A DNA stretch of 64,000 bases from Paraspadella gotoi (lineage: Eukaryota > Animalia > Chaetognatha): NCBI GenBank assembly GCA_051294375.1, contig CM119264.1, positions 27,994,663-28,058,662 of the forward strand, read 5' to 3'. Below, in pieces: positions 51,701 to 64,000 of this stretch (position 1 is the first letter of the stretch; each line of letters opens with the position of its first letter). The position numbers and the translations under genes are program-made. Below the pieces are notes generated by a model. The model saw nothing but the letters and a program-made list of their open reading frames with translations. It did no database searches and was not told where the DNA came from.

Positions 51701-52455
51701 TATGACGAAGAAGAGAAAAGTAACCACGAGATGAAACGTTGACGTCAACCCTGATTTTGCTATGACGATGACGAAAACGACGACAAGGAAAACGACGATG
51801 ACGACGACGAAAAAGACGATGACGACGAAAACGACGATGACGACGACGCAGACGAGAAAGTCGGCAATTTCGAATTCGTCTTATCGCAGCAAAGAATCTT
51901 ATCATCGATAATCGTGTGTTTGGTTGTTGTTGTTGTTAACTTAGTATTGTTGTTATTTTATATACTTTTTATATATTTTATATTTATTTTCGATCATTTC
52001 TTTTTATATTTTGCTAATTTCTTACTTCTGACGTTAAGAAAATCGGAAAAATGAAAAACAACAACAACAACGACAACGACGAAGACGATCAAACTGACGA
52101 CCACAACGACGACTATGAATCCAAAGACAACAACAATAAAGACGACATGAACAACGACAACGACGACAACGACGACAGCAACGACCATTTTTACTAAAAA
52201 GACGTCAATAAAAACGTTTATATGTTCGGCCGATAGCTCAAGTGTTTAGCTGCATCGACGATTTGGCAACAATAACGACAACAACGACGACGACGATGAC
52301 GATGACGTTCTCAAAAAAAAGAAGATTAAGATAACGACGACGACGACGACGACCCCCTCCCGAGTTTTCCCTCTGGTGGCAGAAGAAGAAAACAAATGGC
52401 TTTATTACTCTCTTTTCGTCTGCCTCTTGTTTTTAATTCTTCTTCTCGCGCACTC

Positions 52456-52538
<83 letters not shown>

Positions 52539-52856
52539 CTCTCTCCCTCTTTCATTTCCCCTTTTTTCAGCTCTTTTGTCTCGAAGCCTCGTAATTTCTC
52601 TTCGTCCCTTCGCTTCCTTCCTTCGTTAATTCGTCTCTCGCATTTCTATTCTAATTTTCTTCCCGCCAACTTTTCTAATTTTCCTCTTCTTCTTTCACCC
52701 CTCGCGACTTACCCTCTCTCTCTCTCTCTCTCTCGTTATTATTCTGTCAGTCTGTCGGGCCGCGTGACTGGTCCGACTGTATTCTTTCTCTGTGTTTTAT
52801 GTCACTTAAATTCCTCTTTTTCCTCGTTTTCGTCTCGCTCGTCGTGGAGTCTCGTC

Positions 52857-52919
<63 letters not shown>

Positions 52920-53022
52920 ACTCTATATCTCGCTCTGTCTTTTTCTCTATTTTTCTATTTTTGTCATCATCTTCATCACATCTCTCCCTCCCCACTCTAC
53001 TACTTCACACTCTCCTTTAATT

Positions 53023-53057
<35 letters not shown>

Positions 53058-53429
53058 CTTCTCTCTTCTCTCTCTCTCTCTCTCTCTCTATTCTCTCTTT
53101 TCCCTTTCTCTCTTCTCCTCTCTCCTCCTTTCTTCTCCTCCTCCTCCTCCTCCTCCTCCTAGGGCATCTTATTCCAAAATTGAGCAGCAGCTTCAAAGCA
53201 GCATAAGTGAGGGAAGGTCGTAAGCCTTTTTACTGAGGCGAGCATAAAAGAAAGAAAAAACTCGATGGAAAAAAGATAAATTAGAAAAAAAAGGGAAAAG
53301 AAAAATATTTAAAAAAAGGAAAAAGGCAGAAAAAAAGAAAAAAAGAAAGAACCGGGGACTTATGATCAAAAAGATCTCCATGCAGATGAAAAGACGCAGA
53401 AAAGAAGGCATGATATGGGGAGGAGAGAG

Positions 53430-53502
<73 letters not shown>

Positions 53503-53522
53503 TAGAGAGAGAGAGAGGAGAG

Positions 53523-53571
<49 letters not shown>

Positions 53572-54868
53572 ACGCCTATAAAGAAGATAAAATGAGTTTT
53601 TAAAACGATTTTTATTCTTAATGAGTTGATTGTTCAAAACGAAAACTGCGACCCGTTTTCTAATCACTCTCTTGATTTTTTCGGCGACGTAAATAAAGAA
53701 ATAAAGAAAGAAAGACCGACCGACCTCGTTTTCAACTACCCCCCTTTAGTCAAAATGTCACGTGACTCACACTCCATTAGTTTTCGGTCGTCGATTCATT
53801 AATCAGAATAAAAAATCTTATTATTGTAAATATTGTATTTCGCTTTTTCTACCTTCCAGCTTCCTTGCCTTCGCTATACTTTTTCTTTTACCTTTCTTCA
53901 CTTTTGCCTAGTCTTAATTTCTTTTTTGCCTTACCTTGTGCTTTTCCATGTCTTTGCCTTGTTCTCCCTTTCGCCTTTGGTTTGCCTTCCCTTGAGCATT
54001 GTATTTTCCTTGCGTTGACTTTTTTCTTCTTTCACTTTTCTTTGCCTTCACCTTTCCCTTGCTTTACTTATTCCTTACTTTCCCTTCTTTATTCTTTGTA
54101 TGTGAGTCTATAAGTGTGTGAGCGTGATTTTCCCGTGCGTGACGCCGTTCACAATTCACAGCCGCAGATTTCTTCATCGCATTTCTGTCTCTTTTATTTT
54201 TCTGTTTTGCGTCGACGTCAATTGGGCTTCGCATCAATGGACAACAACGACAACAACGACAACAACGACAACAACGACGACTTGGTCTTCGCTTCTTCCT
54301 CGTTACCCTACATTTGCTCTTCCCTGTCCATCTGGTGTTGTGGCTTTTCACCCGAAGGAAGATGTCGATCGGTGTTGTGGCGTCGTACGTCGTCGTCGTT
54401 CTTTTCGTCGTCGTCGTCGTTCTCTTCGTCGTCGTCGTCGTCGTCGTTGCTCATTCGACGTCGTTCTCATCGTCGTCGTCGTCGTTCGTCGTCGTCGTCG
54501 TCATGCGGTATAACAAAATATCCATTGGGGAGAAGATGAATGAATGATTGCAAAATATATGAATGACTTTTTAAATGAATGAACGAATCATTGAATGAAT
54601 AAATGAATGAATAAAACTATGAGTAAAACAATGTATAAAACTAATTAATGAATCGACAAATTAAACAATAAGTGTAAGAATTAATGAATTGAACCATTGA
54701 AATAAAAATATTATATTTAAATGAACGAAATCAGTTCATTTTGGATTCAGCTCTTTTTTTTTTTTACTTTCGTATTCCATCCTCTAACCCCATCTTTTGT
54801 CAGATTTCCCCCGTTCGTCGCTTTTCGTTTCTTATCCTGTTCCTGTCGTTTCTCTTGTTGTGATTAAA

Positions 54869-54936
<68 letters not shown>

Positions 54937-55768
54937 TCAGCCCGAGGGTCACGGAGTCAGGTTTGTTTATAATTTTTAATCGTCTCTTAAATGTTGTCGA
55001 GGAAAAATAAAAGTCGGAAGTAACGAGAAAGGAAAAAGGGAGGAAGGGGGAAGGAAAAGGAAGGTAAGGAGAATAAAGAGATAAAGGAGGAAAAAGGAAA
55101 AAAATGGAAGGAAAAAAGAGAAAAGGAGAATAAAAAGGAGGAAAAGGGAGGAAAGGGAAAGGAAGGGGGAGGAGGTAAAAAGAAAGACATAAAGAGAGAA
55201 ATGGGAGGAAAGGCGAATAAAGAGATGAATAAGTAGGAAAAGGAGGAAAATGAAAAAAAAGGTAGGTAACCGAAAAAATTTTAAAAAAGTGAGGAAAAGA
55301 AAGAAAGGAAGTAAAGAAAAGAAAAGAAAGGAAATTAGAAAATGGTAGAAATTGGATGCATCAGAGAAAAGGAGAAAAACAGCCGAGAGAGAAGAAATAA
55401 GGAAAAAGTAATGGAGGACGGAAAAGGAAAGGAAAGGAAAAAAAGGAGGAAAGAAAAAATGAGGAAGGAGAAAAAAGAAAAGGAGGAAAGAAAGGAAAGA
55501 AAAGAAGAAAAGAAAGGAAAGAGAGGAAAGAAAAGGAGGAAATGAACGAAATAACCAAAAATCATGAACGAATTGATTTATTGTCAGAAATTAAAACGGA
55601 TGTTCAACGTCAGTTGTAATTAGTTGGAATTTTGTTTGTAATAAAGTTGGAATTAAGAAAATAGCTGGAGAAGAAAAAGAAAGAAGAAAGAAATTGAGAT
55701 CAAGAATACGAACGAAGCAAAAGGGAAAAAAAGAAAGAAATTGAGAAAAAGAAAAACTAAACGAAGAG

Positions 55769-56380
55769 AAACAAGTTTGAGCAAACAATGTCGGATCTGC
55801 CCACGGATCATTTGCGCAAAGAAGCTGATCAGATAATTAATTAATTCACTAATTAGTTAATTAAGATTATTTTTTTATATTTGCGTCAAAATCTTTTTCC
55901 ACTTTTACTCACCTCTCAATCACAAACCAACAATTTCGATCACAAAATTAAATAATTAATTAGTTAATTATTTAATTAATTACAAAGTAATTAATGACTA
56001 ATTAATTACTAATTGCAGCTTGAATTTACATTTTTTATAAAAAGAAAGAGAGCATAATCAAATAGTGAAATAGATTTTTTGTTTTTTCCATTTTAACCCA
56101 TTTCTACTTTGACGATTCCATCGAAACTTGATTTCCTGCTCAATCACACACTTTCCTAACCACATACAAATCTCCCCGTCCACTCATGAGTCATTAGCGT
56201 TCATAGCTAACAGAGCATGGACGGACAGAAGGACAGACGGACGGACATCAATTTTTTTGCATAATTTATCATAATTCGATATTCAGAGATGATGTAAATG
56301 ACAAGATTTTGGGGTGGGACCGACAGACCGAGAAGGTGAATTATAGAGTCGGAATCTGCAGTAAGCAGATCCGGCTAAAA
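55769..56380 (-). mobile_element. DINE-1/HINE-like (Helentron-associated) non-autonomous element, copy 1
   Basis: Ends AAACAAGTTTGAGCAAACAATGTCGGATCTGC and GTCGGAATCTGCAGTAAGCAGATCCGGCTAAAA; subterminal inverted repeat GTCGGATCTGC, terminal palindrome, (GGAC)n tract and A/T-run flanks. Confidence 0.8.
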
Positions 56381-56796
56381 TGAAAGAGGGGGAAAAAATA
56401 AAAAAATGGATGACGAAGGTATTAAAACTGTTTACGAAGATTTAAAGGAAACTGCGGGGGAAAAAAAGAAAAAGAAAATAAAGAAAGAAAAAGAAAAAAA
56501 AGAATAAAAGAAAAATATGACGAGACACAAATATCCTTTTTTTTTCTCCTTTTGTGGCGTCGACTTCCTTTTATTTTTCCCTTATTTTTTCCTTTCATTT
56601 ATTTTTCTTTCTTTCTTGTCTTTTCTTTTTCTTTTTTCATTTTAATATCCTGACTTCTTTTCAGTCGACGCCACGTGCGAGATGAGGTGAGGTGAGGTGA
56701 GTTGGTCGGTCTGTTATATAACCTAAAAACTCGATTGGCAATTACGTATCAAGACGAAAATTTAATTAGGTCGAGTCGACAAACAAGACGAGGATA

Positions 56797-57020
56797 AAAC
56801 AAGTTTGAGCATACAATGTCGGATCTGCTGACGATATTTTAACCGTAAGCAGCTAATCAAATGAATGTTTTTCTTTCTTTCTTAATAAGTAGATAAATAT
56901 AAAAAACTATCAATCACTCAAACAGCAATAAAAAAATTACTGGTTTCGGGTTATTAAAACTCTCCATTATTTCAATCAGCAATCAGCCAATCAATCATTT
57001 TATCTGAGAGTGTGAGAGAA

Positions 57021-57069
<49 letters not shown>

Positions 57070-57533
57070 AAGAGAGAGAGAGAGAGAGAAACCTAAAAAA
57101 GTCAATGTTACTTTTTTCCATTTCCGCTCGCACGATTCCATCAAAACTTTATAACTAGCTTAATAACACACTTTCTTAACAACATTCATTTTTTAATATT
57201 TAAAACATTTACATTAAATATAAGGAGAAAAGATTCAAGTCAATTTGACTTTGTTTTTCTCCATTTAAACTCATTTCCACTCGCGCGATTCCATCGAAAC
57301 TTTGCATCCAACTCAATCACACACTTTCCTACCCACACACAAAATTTTATCTATATTCATAAATCCGTCTATGCAATCTCGAGTTTAATTCTAATGGGGA
57401 ATGGACGGACGGACAGACAATTCGATGTTCTGACATGATCTAAGTATCTTACTGACAAGCTTTTGGGGTGGGACCGACGGACCGACAAAGTGAATTATAA
57501 AGTCGAAATCTGCTGATAAGCAGATCCGACTAA
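56797..57533 (-). mobile_element. DINE-1/HINE-like element, copy 2
   Basis: Same termini; the internal CGATTCCATC...CACACTTTC block is duplicated and a (GA)n tract is inserted. Confidence 0.8.
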
Positions 57534-57755
57534 AAAAAAAAATTATGTCGACAATTAAATATGTATACGTACAAAAATGACGACAACAGAATATTCTTAG
57601 ACAAAGAATTCCGCGTCTCTATAGTGTGGCAAGAATTTAAAATTAAAGTGAGTGACAAGAGATATATTTTGCTATAAAAAAAGGGAACATGTAGCCCCAC
57701 TCAATTAGAGATTCCTTAACCGTTAAAATTTAACCGTTAATAACGGTGAAAAAAT

Positions 57756-58527
57756 TTGTAGTCGGATCTGCTTATAAGCAGATCCCAACTCTATAATTCA
57801 CTTTGTCGGTCCGTCGGTCCGCCCCCTCAATCTTGTCGGGTATTAACTTATTTCATGTCAGAACATCGAATTATGATTAATTATACAAAAAAAAAGATGT
57901 CTGTCCGTCCGTCCATCCGACCTTCCGTCCGTCCGTCCGTCCATCCGTCCGTCCCACCTTAGCAAAAAACACCAATTACTCGTGATTGGATGGATGGATT
58001 AGAATGACATTTTGTAAGTGGTTAGGGAAGTGTGTGATTGAGCTGGATATGAAGTTTCGATGGAATCGTCCGAGTGGAAATGAGTTTAAATAGAAAAAAC
58101 AAAAAAAATATATTTCATGAACACCAATTACTCATAAGTTGATGGGACAATTGACCTGAAATTTTGTATGTGGGTAGGAAAGTGTGTGACTAAAATGGAA
58201 ATAAAGTTTCGATGGAATCGTTTGAGTGGAAATGAGTTTAAATAAAAAAAACAAAAAACCTGTTTCACTAATTGATTATACTTCTTTTTCTTTTTATATT
58301 AAATGTAAATGCAAGATGAATAAATTAATCAAATAATTAATCAGTTAATTAATCATTTAGTCACTTAATTAATCAATTATTAATAAATTAATTAATCAAG
58401 TTAATTATTTAATTGACTAATTAGTTAATTAACTTGAATTAATTAATTATTAATTAATTAATTATTAATTATTTAAATACCAATAATGATCGTGGGCAGA
58501 TCCGACATTGTTTGCTCAAACTTGTTT
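57756..58527 (+). mobile_element. DINE-1/HINE-like element, copy 3 (opposite orientation)
   Basis: 5' AGTCGGATCTGCTTATAAGCAGATCC palindrome, (GTCC)n tract at 57898-57955 and 3' GGCAGATCCGACATTGTTTGCTCAAACTTGTTT, ending in CTTGTTT as in DINE-1. Confidence 0.82.
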
Positions 58528-59287
58528 AACTTAACCGTTATTTTTTTTTATTTTAATGGTTAAATTCGGTTAAATTTTATTTTTTCTTATTTTGATATTT
58601 TTGTAAAGAATATATTGTTTTCTTTAAGTTATTATGTTTTTAAATAATTTTTTTTAAAAACAAAGCGAAGCGATCAAATCAGACTCGCGTTTTTTGTAAT
58701 ATAAATAAAAGCTTTTATATTTTTACTTAGTAAAAATGTCTAATGATTGGAAAAAAGACGTACGGTTTCTTTCCTGTCTGGAATAATTTTGAGAAAAAAG
58801 TTGTTGATGTCTAGTCAGTCAGTCAGTTGAAAAACATTTTTGGGTAAAGGTAAACTTAATGAGCGTCCATAAAAACAAATTTCCTTCACAATCATTCTCT
58901 GCATCTTTTCTTCTAAAATCATTATTATTAACGTCAATCTACAAAAATCTTAGGCAAGGGTTTAATCAACATTTTAACTGCGCATTGGGTCGATAAAAAT
59001 ATAAATAAACATGATAATGTAGCTACTGAAGAAAAACTGTATGAAATTAATAATTAATAATTAATAATTAATAATTTGACACAGTGTTCATTTTGAAAGT
59101 GTCAGTACGCTTGAGAGACTCTGTACGTATTACATTAAAATGAATTACAAAGTCAAAGATTAGCGACACACATTTAACGAGTATGAAGAGGAAAGAAAGA
59201 AGGACGACGACGACGATGATGACGACGACGATGATGACGAAGACGTCGGCGACAAGGTAATAATTATTCAATCCCATAATTTTCCTG

Positions 59288-59332
<45 letters not shown>

Positions 59333-59390
59333 AAAACTCGAGTGACCAGTTACGCAATCGACCAATTTTCAAAACGGAACGTAAGATGTT

Positions 59391-60113
59391 ACAAGTTTGA
59401 GCAAACGGTGTCGGATCTGCCTACGATAATTTCACGGTAAGCAGTTTACTAGATAATAAGTCATGATGAGTCTTTTAATTTATGATTATCACATATTATC
59501 ACATTATCATAGTATCATATATTATCACATAACAGATCATAACGTAAAACCAAAAATTCCAAATATAGTGATCTTGCCAGCAAAATTATTTTTAAAATAA
59601 ATTTATGAATAAAAATGTAAATTCAAGATAAATAAATAAAGAGAGAGAGAAACATAACTAATCATAACTAGTTTCATAAATACTGTAAATAATAACAGAT
59701 TTCTCAATAAATCAATTTAAAAATTTATCAATCAATCATTTAACAAAATAAACAATCAATCAATCTATCAATTCATCAATCCATCAATCAATTAATAAAT
59801 CAATTATTAAATCAATCAATCAATGAAATAACCACTGGTTTTCAAATGACAGCATATTTCTACCGGCGCTTGTAAAATTGTCACGATGTAGAGATAGAAA
59901 CTTTAAAAAATTCAAATAAATGTGTCTTTTGGTTTTCTAAATTTATGAGTAAATATAAGTGAAAAAATTTCGGACGGACGGACGAACATAATCTTTTTTT
60001 GCATAATTTATCATAATTCGATGTTCGGACATGATTTAAATAACTTCCCGACAAGATTGTGGGGTTGGACCGACGGACCGACAAAGTGGATTTTAGAAAA
60101 GCAGATCCGACAA
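59391..60113 (-). mobile_element. DINE-1/HINE-like element, copy 4 (divergent interior)
   Basis: ACAAGTTTGAGCAAACGGTGTCGGATCTGC ... CGGACGGACGGACG ... GGACCGACGGACCGACAAAGTG ... GCAGATCCGACAAAAA. Confidence 0.78.
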
Positions 60114-60419
60114 AAAAAAAGAGAAAACGTGAATTTTTGAAATGATTTCGGCGTGACCTCGCCGACTGATGAAGAAACCGACTAAAAATCGAGTTACGAA
60201 ATAGGCATAGAACTGGATCATCGACACGTGCTCGGCATGAAGCCATCTAATCATTGGTCAGTTTCGACGATAATTCATCCAATCAGAGAGTTCTTTATAG
60301 ATTTCATCCGAGTCGCGGATCCGATTTCATTCTTGGTTCCGATCCCATCAGCGATGGAACATTTGTCATTTGACCAAAGGCGAAATAAAAAATATCTTCT
60401 ATCAACTATTAACTTTAAT

Positions 60420-60605
60420 AATTTTTTCAACTCGCATCATTTTTTCAACTTGCAACATTTTTTCAACCCACATAATTTTTTAGTCTCATATTATCATATC
60501 ATATCAACTCGCATAATTTTTTCAACTTGCATCATTTTTTCAACTCGCATCATTTTTTTAAAATTCGCCGCATCTTTTTAACTCACATACTTTTTTTTAA
60601 CTCGC
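60420..60605. repeat. ~19-bp minisatellite (TTTTTCAACTCGCATCAT)
   Basis: Tandem degenerate copies. Confidence 0.8.
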
Positions 60606-60901
60606 TCCAGTTTTTTAAGTATAAAAAATTTTATTATAAATTTTACAATTCATGCAGTAGGCCTCATTTATACATAGTACTAATCCAAAAAATGTTAAAA
60701 TTTCAAAAGAGTTTTTTTTGTAAGATAGTTTTACAGATTTGGATTTGTCATGAAAAGTTGTTACAAAAAAATATAACTATTTTTTAAAAATTATTTCTTT
60801 AAGTTGGTCAAATATCAGAAAAACCTATATTTTAAGCCTAAAATTAAAATTGTATACATTAAATTAGCCATTGCCGATGAAATTTAAATTCTTTTGTATA
60901 C

Positions 60902-61546
60902 AGCATTAAAATAATCTATCATGACCATAGATTATAGTATTAAAATCGTGAGGAGGAGGAGTCGACGCGCAGATCTTCTTCTTCCTCCCATTTCGCCTCC
61001 TCCTCCTTTTCGATCGGGGGTTTCGCGCTGCCACGAGATTTTTCCATTCCAGATTCACTTCCCTCTTTCCCTCTTTCTCGATAAGATCTATTCTCTGCCT
61101 CTCTGTAAATTTATTATTTATTATTGTTTACCACAATTACGTACCACCATTTTTCGAGTTCTCCTTTTAGCCAGAGTCTTATTTCAGCAAAAATATTTTT
61201 TTCTGAGGGTACTATCCTAATTAAGCATTAAAATAATCTATCATGACCATAGATTATAGTATTAAAATCGTGAGGAGGAGGAGTCGACGCGCAGATCTTC
61301 TTCTTCCTCCCATTTCGCCTCCTCCTCCTTTTCGATCGGGGTTTCGCGCTGCCACGAGATTTTTCCATTCCAGATTCACTTCCCTCTTTCCCTCTTTCTC
61401 GATAAGATCTATTCTCTGCCTCTCTGTAAATTTATTATTTATTATTGTTTACCACAATTACGTACCACCATTTTTCGAGTTCTCCTTTTAGCCAGAGTCT
61501 TATTTACAGCAAAAATATTTTTTTCTGAGGGTACTATCCTAATTAA
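60902..61546. repeat. Near-perfect 322-bp tandem duplication
   Basis: AGCATTAAAATAATCTATCATGACC...GGTACTATCCTAATTAAG occurs twice; track ORFs at 60921 and 61243 share the same start. Confidence 0.95.
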
Positions 61547-61996
61547 GATTATTATATTACTATATAAAGAAATCAATTTTTAAATCTTAAAATTTTTTAA
61601 TGTATTCTGATAGAGCATAAAAAGTTAAACGGGAAATATAATTACAGCTTTTAAAAATTCTTACGTTTTCTCAGTAAAAATCTAAAAAAACCGATAAAAT
61701 CAACAAAAGATGATGATGATGATTTTTAACGGTTTTTCTTTTTTTTTTTACCTACTTATCATAAAAATATTTAAAAAAGAAATTTTTTTTCGATTTTATT
61801 AGGATATGTACATATATATATAAATATAGCCCACTGTGAAAATAAAAAAACAAAAAATTAATGTCTGATGGTATGTTGTTCATTATTGACTTTTAGAATT
61901 TTCGTATGTAACTTTCACTACACTCAATTATAGAATCGGCATCTGCGATTTAGTCTTTTTTAATCCTTTTTTTACTTTCCTTTTTAGTCAACAAAA

Positions 61997-62075
61997 ATGA
62001 CTATTCCAAGATTCTTACTATTTTTCGCTCTCTTTCCGGGGATGATTATCGCGAAAATGGATGTCAGTGGCATCG
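61997..62075 (+). CDS. Exon 1 (signal peptide) of a secreted MACPF-like protein
   Basis: ATG at 61997 gives MTIPRFLLFFALFPGMIIAKMDVSGI plus 1 nt, then donor GTGAG at 62076. The phase-1 intron joins in frame to the acceptor TTTTCCAG at 63108. Confidence 0.8.
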
Positions 62076-62325
62076 GTGAGCAAATAAAAAAAGTTAATTA
62101 AACAAAACAATTATTAATTTAATTATTCAATTAATCATTCGATTACTAAATCCATTTAAAACAAATTAAAATAAATTATTGTTTAAAGCGCCGCGACATT
62201 GTTCTTAACTTTCCCACAATTTATCTTTGTCAACCATAAGTATTTTTTCACTGAGAAGCATTGTTCATCTACAAGCAGAGAAGGGAAATTCGAGAGATAT
62301 ACCGTCGCTCAAAAAGGCTTTCACA

Positions 62326-62832
62326 TGGGGCGATAGAAGGGGCTGCCCCCAGGGGCAGTCTACCCCGGGGGAAAAGATTTTTAAACATTTAAGGGTGCCC
62401 ATAATGCAACATACCTAGGAGTGACCCCAAAGGGCTACCCCTTGGTGAATAAGTATTACTAATTATTTTTGGGAACAATGAAACTTACCCCTAATGAACA
62501 ATGAAACTTACCCGTAATGGGGTAGAAAAAAAGGTTTCCCCCTGGGAGGAGAGAAAACAGGTAGGGTCATTTTAAACAAAAAAGCCAGGCTTTTAAAATC
62601 TATTCTTTACCAAATATTTATTCTTTTCCCCTCTCACTCTCTTTTAATAATAGTAGTAATAGTAGTAATAATAGTATTAACAGTAGTAATATTATATAAA
62701 AATAATATTTTATAAAAATAAAAATAAATATTTTCTTTAATCTGATACCTCGATTTACCCTTTATCTAGGTATATGGTTTTTGCCCACCCCCTTAGGCTA
62801 ACCCTAGGTATGACCCCCTGGTGTCGCCCCTA
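62326..62832. mobile_element. Possible old MITE inside the intron
   Basis: G-rich left end GGGGCGATAGAAGGGGCTGCCCCCAGGGG and C-rich right end CCCTAGGTATGACCCCCTGGTGTCGCCCCT form imperfect inverted repeats around an AT-rich core. Confidence 0.35.
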
Positions 62833-63108
62833 GGCCCTTGAAATTCTATCAGTCTGCCATCTCGACTGTTAACATATGGGTGACAAACAGTAAAAGAGAA
62901 CAATGACAATGACAATCAATTACAATCAACTTTTTCTTATGATGAAACTTTTAATTTAAAATAGATAATCTATGTACTTCTATTGTACACCTGAACTTGA
63001 TATTATTTGCTTGATTGTAAAATATTGTTTTAAGTTATATGCATTTGAAAAGCATTTAAAAGATAAAATTCTATCGAATACCTAATAAAAATAATTATCT
63101 TTTTCCAG

Positions 63109-64000
63109 CTGACACATTACAAAAACAGAGCAAAAATAAGGAATTGGGCAGTATACATGACAAAATAATGAAAAAACCTGATTCTTTGATAAAAGGAGAT
63201 GAGGCAAAGGAAGGACTGGAAGCATTGAAAGCCTTGAAGGCAAAAGATGTTACTTTTGAAAGGTTACAAGGCTTCGATGGGATCGAAGAATACGAGCCAT
63301 CAGGTTGGAGAATTGAAGCAACTCCAGATAAAAAGGAAAATGAACCGGAGGGAGAAAATGAGCTGGCTTCGACTTGGCCTATGGGAGTAGGAGTGGCAAT
63401 GATGAGCGGCTGTTTTGGAAATAATTATCAAATTGGAGATCCATGCTATGATTTCGCTAGAAATTCGCCAATATGTCTCAATCAAATTGATGCAGCAAAC
63501 TTTCTGGGTGTTGGTTTTTGACGGCCGAGGCTTCTATTCATCAGAAAGTCGTAAAAAAAGCATCATTCAAAGAACTTGCGCGGGAAAAGCTACTTTTATG
63601 GACAAAGATGTACCAGACTGCATGAACGCGTTTGGAATATACGACTATACGATTCATACTGAAACCTTTCAAAATGCTGAAAAATATGTTCATTATTTGC
63701 AAGAAAAAGCAGCAACATCTGAACAGCAAACGATGTTTCACATGGAAGCAGAATCTTTTGGACAAGGAAAAAGCATTGGAGGCAACCTTGGAATGATTGG
63801 TGGTCTGGTAGGAATGGCTGCTGGAGCGGTAGCTGGGAAAAAGTCTGGAGGAGCTCAAGCAGGTGCGGATGCAGGAGCAAAATTGGGAGCTGCCATTGGT
63901 CAGTCAATCGGTGGTGGATATGGTGAAGGAAAGGGAGGAAGCAGAGGAAGAAGCAATGGTAGAAGAAAAGCTAATGTTGCTTCTTTGAATGCCGAATCAA
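63109..64000 (+). CDS. Exon 2 of a secreted protein, probably MACPF (perforin-like) family, with a Gly/Ala-rich glycine-zipper segment; runs off the window
   Basis: CTAAT branch-like motif at about 63082 and acceptor at 63108; frame A-DTLQKQSKNKELGSIHDK...AANFLGVGF. One extra T in a homopolymer at about 63518, then DGRGFYSSESRKKSIIQRTCAGKATF...VPDCMNAFGIYD...ETF...YLQEKA, open to 64000. This resembles the N-terminal part of invertebrate MACPF domains (recalled similarity, not searched). Confidence 0.7.

Overview
Eukaryotic, most likely animal (invertebrate), genomic DNA from a hybrid draft assembly. It is AT-rich, saturated with (GA)n, (GAAA)n, (GAC)n and (ATT)n microsatellites, and broken by many N gaps, several of exactly 25 N. 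Long stretches look like unpolished, indel-rich long reads, so most real genes are frameshifted and most ORFs in the six-frame track are repeat artefacts. Stitching across frames by eye gives four main results. (1) There is a repeat-poor, intron-less, very gene-dense island at about 14.1-24.8 kb. It encodes a NUDT16-like Nudix decapping enzyme, a very large Cys-rich signal-peptide membrane protein, several abutting orphan genes and the N-terminal ~330 aa of a DNA polymerase delta catalytic subunit (POLD1-like family B polymerase). The polymerase start codon lies only ~34 bp from a divergent gene. A similar orphan-gene island lies at 5.2-9.6 kb and a noisier candidate at about 34.8-37.6 kb. Together these suggest an undescribed large DNA virus or giant mobile element carrying a cell-type Pol delta, but the junctions are low quality, so mis-joined reads or a co-sequenced compact-genome organism are not excluded. 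(2) An APE+RT non-LTR retrotransposon lies at 45.3-47.6 kb. (3) Four DINE-1/HINE-like (Helentron-associated) non-autonomous elements cluster at 55.8-60.1 kb. (4) A spliced host gene at 62-64 kb encodes a secreted, probably MACPF-family protein with a glycine-zipper insertion. No database searches could be run; family calls rest on motifs recognised by eye.
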